A stretch of 64,000 nt of DNA from Octopus sinensis (GCF_006345805.1 NC_042998.1:50468001-50532000), one strand, 5' to 3'. Positions 25,932-39,529 are shown, numbered from the stretch's first letter. The notes: generated by a model from the letters alone, not told the origin. A program made the numbers and translations.

Positions 25932-26385
25932 ATTAAGGCGTCGAACTGGCAGGATCGTTAACACACTGGACAAAATGCTCTGCAACATTTTTGTCCGTCT
26001 TTACGTCCAAATTCCACCGAGGTCGTCTTTGCCTTTTATCCTTTTGAGATCGATAATATAAGTACAAGTTGGATTATGGGGTTGATGTAATCGTCTAGCC
26101 CCCTCGCCGGAAATTTCAGGCCTTGTTCCTAGAGCAGAAAGGTTTATGTCATATAATTAAGGCAGCGACCGGGTAGAATCTTTCGCCGGAGAAAATGCTT
26201 AGCGGCATTTCATCCGTCTTTACGTTCTGAGTTCAAATGCCATCGAGGTTGACTTTGCTCTTTATTCTTTCGGGGGTCAATAAAATAAAGTACCAGTTGA
26301 ACACTGGCGTCAATGCAATAGAATTCCTCCACTCCTCAAAATTACAAGCCTTTATAAACCAAAGGGAATCTAACCGGAAGATGAG
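25932..26385 (+). mobile_element. Two tandem SINE-B copies
   Basis: Heads at ~25935 and ~26160 with aaattccaccgaggtcg / gagttcaaatgcc and the shared body. Confidence 0.8.
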
Positions 26386-27142
26386 CTTTGTCCTGGTTTT
26401 AGTCAATAAGGGAATTTAAGCGTTTCGTTAGCATGGATTTGGTTTATACCATTTCATTGTGCATAGGTAACAGAAAAACACTAAATTCCTCTCAATACCT
26501 ATTATGTCTATATCCTTTTCTCTTAAAATTAAAACACCATACTTTTGACATGAAGAACCGTAATTTGTTGCTTTTTGACCGGACACAAAGGTCTGATATT
26601 TTGTGTAAAATTCGACTAAGTATTATTTACGACTTTTCCAAATGCTATAGCATCCTCAACAGAGAACGGAACGAAACACGAATGACGATACAAGACACAC
26701 CAGGAACTTGTGTCTTGATTTACGGAGCACACCGTAGTAAAATAAATCATTATTAATTCACTTAGGTCGTAGATGCGTAAGAAAAATCTCCTATTTTCTT
26801 CCTATAAATTTACATCTTCATGTCTGAATGAAGAAAGGTATTATATCAATATCGCCGTAAGAGACCACACTGCTGATGTGATTCTGCCAACTAGTAAATT
26901 TCGTGGAAAATATAAAGTATATGAAGTAATACTGGAAATAAAAGAAAATTTTTGGCAGACAACGAGAAATCAGATTTCGAGGTACCCTGGTCTTTCTAAA
27001 ATGTTATTCCATTCAATAGAATCTGCCTTCTACAGGAAGATCTTTTATTTACTCTGTAGAAAATATACATTCAGCCAAATGACAAGACTGAATGGTTATC
27101 ATGTATATATATATATATATAAGTGTGAGTACAAATATATAT

Positions 27143-28105
27143 GGGTCACAAGAGTGGCAGAGGGTATTGACTAGCACCACTTTTGCTAAAGATAAGAGTT
27201 AAAATGACTCAATAGCCACACAATCACTGTTTTAACGACTGACAAAGGGAAGTAGTCCGAAATCGCGCCCCGGCTATGTACGCTGGTGACTTACCTCCCT
27301 TTCTCAGTCATTAAGACAGTGATTTTTGTGGCTTTTGACTTAGTTTAATTCTTGTCTTTAGCAAAAGCAGTACTAGTCAGTATTCTCAGTCACTTTTGTG
27401 ACCTCTATTAATTTTGCTTTTAGGTTTTAATTGCAAATAAGTTACCCTTTTTAATTTGTGGTTTACACTTCTACCGTTTTTGCAAATCAGCGCACTTTCA
27501 ACGGTTTTTCTTATAAAACTGACAGAAGTAGTTGAGTTTAGCCCTAGGTGCTAAGAGCCGCTGATGAGGATTACAATGGTCTACATCAAAATCTGAAATC
27601 GCGATCCGGCTATGTACGTTGTCATAAAACGGTAGAAGTGTGTAAACCACAAATTAAAAAGGGTAACTTATTAGCAATTAAAACCTAAAAGCAAAATTAA
27701 TAGAGGTCACAAAAGTGACTGAGAATACTGACTAGTACTGCTTTTGCTAAAGACAAGAATTAAACTAAGTCAAAAGCCACAAAAATCACTGTCTTAATGA
27801 CTGAGAAAGGGAGGTAAGTCACCAGCGTACATAGCCGGGGCGCGATTTCGGACTACTTCCCTTTGTCAGTCGTTAAAACAGTGATTGTGTGGCTATTTTA
27901 ACTCTTATCTTTAGCGAAAGTGGTGCTAGTTAATACCCTCTGCCACTCTTGTGACCCTTTTGTCAGTAATTAAGACAGTGATTTTGTGTCTTTTGGGTTA
28001 TTTTAACTCCTATTTTTAGTGGTGCTAGTCAGTACTCTCAGTCACTTTTGTGACCATAGTTTTTCCTTTAGGTTTTAATTGTTAATAAGCCACCTTTTTT
28101 AATTT
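27143..28105. mobile_element. PLE-type nested fold-back (arms 27143-27480 / 27626-27957) plus an extra partial arm
   Basis: Arms are near-perfect reverse complements; each arm has an internal imperfect inverted repeat; the spacer holds a hammerhead. Confidence 0.88.
27556..27611 (+). ncRNA. Intact minimal type-I hammerhead ribozyme
   Basis: agccg-CTGATGA-ggatt...aatct-GAAA-tcgcga-TC-cggct; palindromic ATCGCGAT helix III; predicted cleavage after C27606 (AUC). Confidence 0.85.
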
Positions 28106-28239
28106 GTTTCAATATATATCGTTGCTGTTATGCAAAAGTTTCGTAAGTCCTATTGCCTATTATTAGATAAGCTATTATTAGCCCTACTTCAGTAACGGCT
28201 GCGACGGATGTTGCTGCTACAACTATTACAGCTAATAAC

Positions 28240-28620
28240 AATGGTTTCAAATTTTGGCACAAGGCCAGCAGTTTTAAAAGTTGGGACACGCTGATTACAT
28301 CGACCCCAGTATTCAACAGATATCTTATGTTATCGGTGTCGAAAGGATGAAAGGCAAAGACGGCCTTGGCGGAATTTGAACTCCGAATGTAAAGAGTCGG
28401 AAGAAATAGCACTAAACTTTTTGCCTGATGCACTAACGATTTCGCCAGCTCGTCGTCTTTAATGGTTTCAAATTTTGGTACAAGGCCGGCAATTTTAAGA
28501 AGAGGTGGGTTAGTCGATGCCACCGGTATCTGTACTTGAACTTGTATAATATCTTATCGACCTTGTCGGGATGAAAAGCAAAGATGACAAAGGCAGAAGT
28601 TGAACTCAGAACGTGAAATG
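28240..28620 (-). mobile_element. Two tandem SINE-B copies
   Basis: aattttggcacaaggccagc...gaaaggatgaaaggcaaag...gcggaatttgaactc repeated. Confidence 0.8.
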
Positions 28621-29594
28621 AACTTTTGCTTATTTTAAACATTCAGCCATGATTTGAGGCAGATTTGGTTGACATTTCAAGCAAGACCACCAACCACTTA
28701 GTCGTTCTCCCGTTTATGCGCCATTCACTAAAGTTTCAATTATATCTAATCTCATAAGTTATCGGATAAAATACGTTACTGTTAGTTAGCTTCTCTGTAG
28801 TTATTGCTGTTGTACAGATTTCTATTGATTATTAAAGTAAATACTTAAATTATCCCTTTTATTCACTCGCGTGTTATGGGTGTCCATATTGTTTTATTAT
28901 TAATTTCTACTCATCTTCATAATTAGTCGTCTATTTTTCATTCACTCGCTCTTTCAATATGCGCCATTGAAGTACTATGCTTAGCTCTTTATTTCAGACG
29001 AATTGTCATTGTTTTATACTCCATAAAACACGGCAATGATTTTCTAAACCTTTTACTTCAGGTCATTTACCCATAATGAAGCTGAATGAAACCAAAGTAT
29101 TTATATTATCAGATGCTTTATATTTTATATCCTATCATACATAACGTAACACATTACAAACGCTGAAGGCCGTTTTAATCACAAATGCGAGGAAGAAAAC
29201 AAGTTGATGGAATATAATTGAAAACTTCTACGTTAGGGCAAGAAGCCTATATATTTTCTTAAGGTTGAGTTGTTTCATATTTTCAGAGAAAATAACGTTT
29301 TCCCTTTCAAACAAAGAGAAACTTGCAGCTATAAAGAATACAGATGTGAGACTAAAATAGTCACAATATGGTACGGATTAAAACGCTACTACTGTTCTTA
29401 CGTATATTTAGTCCCAGTTTAGGTAATATTGAATAAATAGGTTTATACTGTTAGACCACAATGTATCCGCTTTTAAAGAGAGTGTCGTATGACTGAGGTA
29501 GATTTTGCAACTGTTTTTATCAGTTTCAGTGATTTAATAAAGAGCGTGTCTATGACGCATCGATTATATTCTTTCTTTGCAATAGCCTTTCTTT

Positions 29595-30012
29595 TCATCT
29601 TTCGTTTTACTTGTTACAGTCAATAGACTGCAGCCATGCTGCAGCGTCGTTCTGAAGGGTTTTCGTCGACCAAATCGACCACAGTACTTATATAGGTTCC
29701 TTTTGCCGAACCGCTATGTTAGAGAAACGTAAACAAACCACACAGGCTATCAAGCAACGGTGGGGACAAACACAAACATAAATACAAGTACACGCATTCA
29801 CACACACGCACACACATACACACACAATTATCATATATGTATGTATACATGCCATAATACATACATACACAATACATATATACATACATAGATGCATACA
29901 TACATACATACATACATACACACATACACACATACATACATACATACATACATACATACATACATACATACATACATGCATGCATGCATACATACATACA
30001 TACATACATACA

Positions 30013-30045
<33 letters not shown>
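29595..30045 (-). mobile_element. SINE-A tail with internal (CATA)n; head missing
   Basis: cttttgccgaaccgctatgtt...ggggacaaacacaaac motifs. Confidence 0.75.
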
Positions 30046-30142
30046 GTAGATGTATGTGACATCACAACCGATGTATTCCGAAAAGCGATTATCCGTTTGT
30101 CCTCTCTGTGTTTAGCCCCTTGTGGGTAGTAAAGAAATAGAT

Positions 30143-30856
30143 ATTCGCATTGACCATGACAGAAAAAGTTGTCATGGCGATATCTGCTCAGAAGCCCATG
30201 CAAAATGGCAGACAGTGTATGGAGAGGAGAGTATGATCCGCACTCAAGTGTACAAGTGGTTCAGACGTTTCCAAGATGGACGGGAAAATGTCGATAGCGA
30301 CGAACGTTCTGGGAGACCGGCAACCAGCAGAACTGAGAAAAGCATTGCAGCTGTGTGTGCAACTGTGAGAGGAAATCCTCGAACAACCGTCCGTGAGTTA
30401 TCAGAGGATGTGCAGATTAGCTACTGTTTAGTTCAGTCCATTATTACTGAAGATCTCCATGTGAGACGCGTGTCTGCCAAGTTTGTGCCAAAATTGCTTT
30501 CAGCTGACCAAAAGGACATTCGGGTTTGATTTGCACAAGATCTCCTTGCTAGTGTTGAGAAAGATGAAAACTTTTTGAAAACTTTGCGCAGGCCTCTGCT
30601 CAGGTATCGCCAAGCTTTTGGCAATTTGATGCAAAATCCCTGCTCAACTTTTTCTGTCATGGTCAATGCGACGATCACACGCTACTCACGTTCATTCCAA
30701 TCACTACTGTAAACAGCGGATGTGAGCTAGAACGTTAAAACTTAGTGCGCACGTACGGCTAAGGTGAAGGTCAAGCTTTACGAAGCAGCTTCACTTTGCG
30801 TGCTTTAGCTTCGTTACTATGGCAACAGTCCGGATACTTATTGATCATACCACGTA
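30143..30856. mobile_element. Rearranged mariner: N-terminal transposase (+) and an inverted 5' end with TIR (-)
   Basis: VYGEESMIRTQVYKWFRRFQDGRENVDSDERSGRP; cgcattgaccatgacagaaaaagttg present in both orientations; TIR-like tacgtggtatgatcaataagtatccggac ends at 30856. Confidence 0.8.
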
Positions 30857-31745
30857 TTTATCGACCCCGAAAGAATTACAGGTAATGTCGGTCTTTGTGG
30901 GATTTGAACTCAGAGCGCAGAGATTTGGAATGATTATAGCAAGGCATTCTATCCAACGCGCTTATAACTTAGCCAATTCACTGTCTTGAACAGAGAAATA
31001 AAAATAACAATACAAAGTTGGAAAGAATGTACATTTATTCAACATTTTCCACCTTAAAAAAAATAGATCACATCGTAAACAGAACCAAATCATTGCCACT
31101 TGTGTTGAGAGGAAAAGAGTGACGATGATATGTGAGTCAGCATATATTTAAATCTTGCGATAAAATGCTTCAAATAAACTAAAGTATATTAAGAGTAAGA
31201 AATGTTCGGAGCAAGATTACGTTGGAAGCCATTTTGATGTGATATAAAAAAAAAAGTATATATATATACGAAAAAATACATAGCACACTAGTAGCACAAA
31301 ATTTGAGGGTTTTCTATACAGAATTGACAGATTAAGTGAACAGCATCAAGCAGCGGCTGACATAAGTAGTGTCAAAGATGTCATCCATCAGAGATATGAA
31401 GATACAAGTTTTAAGAATAAAATATTTGGATCGATTAGAAAGTCAGAAGTGACCCGATTTAAATGATTATTGTCTCTAAATAGAAAAATCAAGCCTTCAC
31501 TATGTTGTTCAATGTACATACATACATGCATACATACATACATACATACATACATACATACATACATACATACATACATACATACATACATCATACATAC
31601 ATACATACATACATACATGCATATACATTTGTAAACGTAGATACATATATATAAAGATATATGTGTGCTGTATATATATCTGTCTGTCTCTCTATCTACC
31701 TATCACTCCCCTCTCTCTCTCTTTCACTCTCTCTCTTTCTCTATC

Positions 31746-31780
<35 letters not shown>

Positions 31781-31948
31781 ATGGTGGTTTTTGGAGCAAT
31801 GGCTCTGATTTTAGCAAGTGATATTATATATCCTATCTAATTTTAAATTACATATGTATATATGTGTGTATATATATATATGTATATATGGCGGTGCCCC
31901 AGCATGGCCACAGCTCATGAGCTGAAACTAGAATCAATCAATCAATCA

Positions 31949-32005
<57 letters not shown>

Positions 32006-32014
32006 TAGACACAC

Positions 32015-32115
<101 letters not shown>

Positions 32116-32119
32116 TACA

Positions 32120-32300
32120 TTCTAACTGGGTCCCACCTGCAAGGTCAAGTGCTGCTTATCTTGATATGAGATCACCATGTCGCGCACATATGGTTGTGAT
32201 GTATGTGCCTGGTGTGCAGACGGGTAATCATGATGGGTATACTGGGCTTCGTATAATTTACCCCAGTATCACTTTGATGGTATGCACTGCTCTCTCACTC

Positions 32301-32372
<72 letters not shown>

Positions 32373-32412
32373 AATAATGATAATGATAATGATAATAATG
32401 ATAATGATAATG

Positions 32413-32464
<52 letters not shown>

Positions 32465-33541
32465 CAACAACAACAACGACGACGACGATAATTATAATAA
32501 TAATAATAATAATAATATCTGCTCAATACCACAGATTTGCTTGTCAGTTGTTTGACCTTAACCAGTTGAGCATGTCCCTTAGTGGCTGACGATATGTGCA
32601 TCTCTGATCACGAGCAGAAGTAGTGGGGGAGCATCATAGCCATGTGTTGAGAGGGATTCTTTGGGGTTTGAATAGTTCACCTCTGGAAACATGGGTGGTT
32701 CTTTCAACATCCTTAAACAACCCTTATTCAGGGACCGTTTGAGCGGGATGGGCTACTCAACCTGAAGAAAATTCTAACTGGGCCCCACCTGCAAGGTCAT
32801 GTGCTGTTTATCTTAATATGAGATCACCATGTCGCGCACATATGGTTGTGATGCATGTGCCTGGTGTACCTTTATCAGACGGGTAGTCATGATGGGTATA
32901 TTGGGCTTCGTATATTTTACCCCAGTGTCACTTTGATGGCATGAACTGCTCTCTCACTCAATAATAATAATAATAATAATAATAACAATAATACCCTAAT
33001 ACAGTACCAGGCACTGGCTCCTATGGTTTCTGATCTTAGTTGATTGGATATGTTACTATCTACATTGTTTTGTCTTGGTATAAAAGATGGGCCACAGCAA
33101 ATATTCTGCTCAGTACCACAGATTTGTTTATCGGTTATTTGACCTTAACCAGTTGAGCATGTCCCTTAGTGGCTGACAACTTGTGTAACTCTGATCACGA
33201 GCAGAAGAAGTGGGGAAGCATCATAGGTATGTGTTGAGAGGTATTCTTTGAAGTTTGAATTCACCTCTGAAAACATGGGTGTTTCGTTCAACATTCTTAA
33301 ACAACCCTTATACAAGGACCATTTGAGCGGGATGGACTACTCGACCTGAAGAAAATTCTAACTGGGTCCCATCTGCAAGGTTATGCGCTGATCATCATGA
33401 TATGAGATCACCATGTCGTGCACATGTTGTCATGCATGTGCCTGGTGTACCCTTATCAGACGGGTAGTCTTGATGGGTATACTGGGCTTCGTATATTAGT
33501 ACCCCAGTGTCACTTTGATGGCACGCACTGCTCTCTCACTC

Positions 33542-33608
<67 letters not shown>

Positions 33609-33906
33609 GGCTCATATGGCTGTAAAGATCAACTAATGATTAATAAAGCCATAACTATACATAACAAAAACACCAGGACTTACAAACACATATAACATAC
33701 AGAAAATTGCACTACTAGGCACTGCACACATCCTACGCAGAACACTTTCCATACAATAACCATCAGAGCATCACAACAAATCACAGCACATACCCAAGGC
33801 ACACAGAGCTGTGCTCGGTAGTGAAGTGAAAGCACGCTATAAAAATAAAACTACTGAATAATAATATAATAACAATAATAATAAAATAATAATAATAATA
33901 ATAATA

Positions 33907-33938
<32 letters not shown>

Positions 33939-34520
33939 TAATAATATTGCCCTGATGCAGTATAATGCCCTGATGCAGTAACAGGCAGTGGCTCTCATGG
34001 CTTCTGATCTTAACTGATTGGAAGTGTTATCATGTACATTGTTTTGTCTTGGTATAAAAGATGGACTACAGCAAATATTCTGCTCAATACCACAGATTTG
34101 CTTGTCAGTTGTTTGACTTTAACCAGTTGAGCATGTCCCTTGGTGGCTGACGATATGTGCATCTCTGATCACGAGCAGAAGTAGTGGGGGAGCATCATAG
34201 CCATGTGTTGAGAGGGATTCTTTGGGATTTGAATAATTCACCTCTGGAAACATGTGTGGTTCTTTCAACATCCGTAAACAACCCTTATTCAGGGACCTTT
34301 TGAGCGGGATGGGCTACTCAACCAGAAGAAAATTCTGACTGGGCCCCACTTGCAAGGTCATGTGCTGTTTATCTTTTTATGAGATCACCATTTCGCGCAC
34401 ATATGGTTGTGATGCATGTGCCTGGTGTACCTTTATCAGACGGGTAGTCATGATGGGTATATTGGGCTTCGTATATTTTATCCCAGTGTCACTTTGATGG
34501 CACGCACTGCTCTCTCACTC

Positions 34521-34587
<67 letters not shown>
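32120..34587 (+). mobile_element. Head-to-tail cluster of four copies of a ~550-bp non-coding retroposon, each ending in (AAT)n
   Basis: Units 32120-32300, 32517-32959, 32993-33541, 33949-34520 share the 3' end ctctctcactc(aat)n; the first two are 5'-truncated. Confidence 0.88.
33606..33856 (+). mobile_element. Internally deleted R4/Dong-clade element in (AAT)n
   Basis: KGSYGCKDQLMINKAI (RT motif) joined to YNIQKIALLGTAHILRRTLSIQ* (C-terminus), then a short 3' UTR and (AAT)n. Confidence 0.8.
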
Positions 34588-35096
34588 GGCCTTTCAGTTA
34601 ATATGCATGATTTTCATATTTCAGATAAATATCTACATACGTAAATTAAGATAAAGGCAATAAGGAACCTCTGGTACCATTTTAATACCATGTTCAAACG
34701 GTATCACATATTCCTGCTTTTGGTTTAGTACATACTTACACTACGAATTTTGTAATTTACCAGGAATTTTAACTTGTATACATGATTGTTCTCATTTAAA
34801 ATATAGAATGTGCAAAGGTACTTCTTCGCGAGGACACAGTTTGTATTATAATCCCTTCTAAATCAAATTGCTAAACACTTATAGTAAGCAAATTAGTAGC
34901 TGCTCTATTTGTTGGGTATATAAACTGATTGGCTGTTTGTTTCTCTGGGATTGGCCAAATTGATGTGTGAAACCAATAAGGTTCGAAAATCGATTAAGGA
35001 TGCTCATCATATTTTTTCAATCTACAGAGAAATAGTTATATTTGTCCTGCTTGTATATCTATCATATATATTATATATATATATAATATATATATA

Positions 35097-35141
<45 letters not shown>

Positions 35142-35418
35142 ATTGGTATATTTACGTATCTGTAACTTAGCGGTTCGGGCAAAAGAAAGCAATAGAATAA
35201 GTACTAGGCTTACAAAGAATAAGTCCTGGGATCGATTTGTTGAACTAAAGGCGGTGCTCTAGCATGCTCGCAGACTGGAACAAATAAAAGAATGAAAGAA
35301 TATACATATACACATGTATATGTATACATGTATAAACATGCATTTATATATATATAAAAGTGTGTGTGTGTGGTGTGTGCGTATATATATCTATACATCT
35401 ATACATATATGCGTGTGT

Positions 35419-35461
<43 letters not shown>

Positions 35462-35517
35462 GTGTAGAAAAACGTGAAAGGTGTACAGTACAGCGAACTT
35501 GCCGTGCGGATTGGAAT

Positions 35518-35552
35518 ATCCAACGTTTCGGATTCAATCCTTTGTCAGGAGG
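35518..35552 (-). ncRNA. Decayed minimal hammerhead
   Basis: CTGACAA-a-ggat-tga-atcc-GAAA-cg-TT-gga (G8A). Confidence 0.5.
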
Positions 35553-35918
35553 CAGAGACAAATAGAAGATAAACAGAAAAAAAAGTCAAATAGAGAGTTA
35601 CATCCTTTCAGTTTGAAAAGCTGGCTGCAACCGAAAATGGACGCAGAATAACACGGGCTGCTAATGTGAAACAGAAGTTATAGGAGTGGGCGTGCAGAAA
35701 GGAAAAGGAAAAGGATAATGGTGAGAGTAGAGGTAAGTAAATACGGAAACGTTATAGAGAGAGGGTCGAAGGTGGATTAAAAAGGATAAAAACGAATTAA
35801 GAAGAGGCGAAAGGTTGAAAGCAGAAACGTTCATTCATACCTGTTTGTTGGGGAAATAGTGTCAAGATGAAATATATATATGTATTTATATATGCACACA
35901 CATGTTCATATATAAGTA

Positions 35919-35964
<46 letters not shown>

Positions 35965-35984
35965 AGTGTATATACATGCATGTG

Positions 35985-36540
35985 TGTGGGAAGCTTATTT
36001 CCCAACCACATGGTTCTGAGTTCAGTCCCACTACGTGACACCTTTGGTAGCTGTCTATAGCCTCGGCCCGAATAAAGCCTTGTACGGGGATTTGGTAGAC
36101 GGAAACTAAAAGAAGGCATGCGTGTGGTAAGTAGTTGCTTACCAACCACATGGTTCCAGGTTCAGTCCTACTGTGTGGCATCTTGGGCAAGTGTTATTCT
36201 GCTATAGCCCGGGCCGACCAATGCCTTGTGAGTGGATTTGGTAGACGGAAACTGAAAGAAGAAGCCTGTCGTATATATGTATAGATATATATTATATATA
36301 TATATATATATAATATGTTTGTGTGTGTGTGTGTGTTTTGCATATGTTTGTGTTGTCTGTGTTTGTCCCCTAGCATTGCTTGACAACCGATTTGCTGGTG
36401 TGTTTAGGTCTCCGTCACTTAGCGGTCGGCCAAAAGAGACCGATAGAATAAGTACTGAGCTTACAAAGAATAAGTCCCGGGGTCGATTGCTCGACTAAAG
36501 GCGGTGCACCAGCATGGCCGCATTCAAATGACTGAAACTA
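35985..36540 (+). mobile_element. SINE-A with a duplicated head
   Basis: Two heads (gagttcagtccc ~36018, ggttcagtcct ~36160) followed by the full tail. Confidence 0.85.
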
Positions 36541-36898
36541 GGAAAAAAATATATATACGTATGACCGAAATCTCTTCTGATGAATTTTGCAAACCATCTT
36601 CTGCAAGTTCTTTCATTAAACCATTCTTTACCATAAACTGAGTGTATATTTCGAGTCGCTTCAGCTGCAGAGTTTCTTTGCTTTTTTTTTGTACTCTTAA
36701 AGCATTATGTGCCTTAAATGCTTTTGGATACTTTCATATTAGAAAGGGTTTTAATCAAAGAAATTTTAATTTTATTATTCTTTAAAATAATATTTAATTA
36801 GTTTAAATGTACATAAATGCTAATTAAACATTCTAAAATACTATCAAATTCAGTCAATTAGAAAAAAGGTAAAAAGCGTACGGAACTTCTTCGATGAC

Positions 36899-36982
<84 letters not shown>

Positions 36983-38004
36983 GCACAAACAAAAATACTC
37001 TGTTGTTGTTGATGTTGACATTCCAATGATGGAGACTTGGCTCTATGTTAGAAACCGGTTCTTTCTCTATTGGCAAGAAATTTTGAAATAAACTGAATAA
37101 TGACATACATACATACATACATGCATACATACATACATACATACATACATACATACATACATACATACATACATACATACATACATACATACATACATAC
37201 ATACATACATGCATGCATACGTGCAATTGCAGTCATAGCAATTCTGGTATCCATCCATCTATCCATTCATGCGTCTATCTATTTATCTATCCATTCATCC
37301 ATCTATCTATCCAACCACACGTACAGGCATACAATGCAATTACGCACATGTACATAGCTTTTTGTACGACAACATAAGGCCTTCTTACTAAGTACCTTCA
37401 GCAGTACTGCAGAACGCGGTATACAGTTGTGAAATATGCTAATTGGACAATGGAATTTGTAAGAAACAGCACGTTGCAGGCTGATAGACATGTCGTGAAG
37501 AAAGAAACACAAATAAAAACACATAAATGTATATACAAACACTCTAGTTCACTCACACTCACACACATCGATGCACGCACACACACACGCGCGCATATAC
37601 ACACACTCATACACATACACACATGCAGAAATTTCCATGAAAACAAAAGATATGAATGTGACTACACATTTTTATTATATTTCTACCTTCCTTTCAAATG
37701 GTTCTTACAGTTCCGCTTTCTCTCTCTCACTCTCTTTCTCTCTGTATTACTCTCCTTTTATCTTACTCTCTCTCTTTCTCTCTCTTCCTACCTCCCTTTC
37801 TCTCTTTCTCGGTGTCTCTCTCCTTCTCTTTCTCTCCATCCCTCCCTCTCTTTCTCTATCCCCATCATATCTCATGGCATCCATCTGTACACATATTTGT
37901 GCATTTGGAAGTGTCTCTCTATTATTGTAAATAAATTCATATGAGACAAAATTCACATATTTGCTACTTATGTGCGTAAACGTGTATATAATTCTTATTA
38001 TAAA

Positions 38005-38290
38005 TCTATATATATAAAGATGAGAATGTGTGTCTGTCTGTCTGTGTATATCCCTAAAACTCGAGTACTTCACAACCGATTTCATTCAAATTTTACACAT
38101 ACCTTACTTAGGGTACATGCAGTGTCATGGCCAAAAATAATTTCAACTTCTTGCAAATGCGATCCCAGAGCAATCTCTTATCTCTTACACTATTTCAGTA
38201 TTACGTATCAAAAGTGAAACAATAACATCTCTATTGTAATGTGAGATACTTTCAGTTTAATAGTTTCACTATTCATATTGAAACTATTAA
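38005..38290 (+). mobile_element. Non-autonomous Helitron 5' part
   Basis: A|TCtatatatataaagatgagaatgtgtgtctgtctgtc...ccgatttcattcaaattt; no 3' hairpin seen. Confidence 0.55.
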
Positions 38291-38511
38291 AGTAAAACAA
38301 TTATCTCATATACATACATACATATACATATATATTATGTGTATATATATATATATAATGTATATATATGTATACCTCCGCACATACGTATATATATATA
38401 GATAAATGTATAGTATACATGTATATGTATGGATGTATATAAGTATATGTATATATATATAGATTTATATGTTTCTATATGTATGCATGTATATATATAT
38501 GTATTATGTAT

Positions 38512-38553
<42 letters not shown>

Positions 38554-38762
38554 TGTAAGTATGTATATATATAATGCATAAATATATGTATGCATGTATA
38601 TATGGGTATATATGTATGTGTACATATATATGTATAGATATATATGTATATATATATACTTGTATATGTAATATGTACACATATATATACACATACATAC
38701 ATGCATACATATATTTATACAGATATATATATATATATACATATATACACACACACATATAT

Positions 38763-38926
38763 AGGTGCAGGTGTGGCTGTGTGGTAAGAAACTTGGTTCC
38801 AAAGCACATGGTTCCGGATTCAGTCACACTGTGTGGTAACTTCGCATGTGTCTTCTACTATAGCCTCAGACCAAACAAAGCCTTATGAGTGGATTCGGTA
38901 GACAGAAACGAAAAGAAATCCATAGC

Positions 38927-38966
<40 letters not shown>

Positions 38967-38968
38967 TG

Positions 38969-39004
<36 letters not shown>

Positions 39005-39014
39005 TGTGTGTGTC

Positions 39015-39047
<33 letters not shown>

Positions 39048-39260
39048 TGTGTGTGTGTGTTTGTGTGTGTGTAAATGTATGTGTCTGTGTTTCTCCTTCA
39101 TCTCTGCTTGACGACTGGTGTTGGATTATTTACGTCCCCATAACTTAATGCTTTGTCAAGAGAAGACCGATAGAATAAGTACCAGGCTTATCAAAATAAA
39201 AAAAAGCACTGGGGGCGATTCATTCGACAAAAAATTCTTCAAAGCAGTGTCTCCATATTT
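38763..39260 (+). mobile_element. SINE-A, full length, internal (GT)n
   Basis: gtgtggctgtgtggtaag head; gaccgatagaataagtaccagg tail. Confidence 0.85.
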
Positions 39261-39303
39261 TTGTTTGCTCCCTCGATTTTATCTATCAATCTATCTTTCT
39301 GTG

Positions 39304-39364
<61 letters not shown>

Positions 39365-39499
39365 TATAATTATATATATATTATATATATATATATATAT
39401 AATAGACACACACAAACAAACACACATACATCACACATACATACATACATACATACATACATACATACATACATACATACATACATACAAGTATGTATA

Positions 39500-39529
<30 letters not shown>

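Noticed and set aside
26433-27174. Two adjacent ORFs of 107 and 133 aa
   Set aside because: No recognisable motif or splice signals; the second runs into (TA)n. Compatible with chance.
32120-34587. Regularly spaced repeat array resembling CRISPR or a satellite
   Set aside because: Units are ~550 bp, 5'-truncated and separated by (AAT)n in eukaryotic DNA; no repeat-spacer architecture or cas genes.
36577-36583. CTGATGA core
   Set aside because: No helix II or downstream GAAA in the right arrangement.
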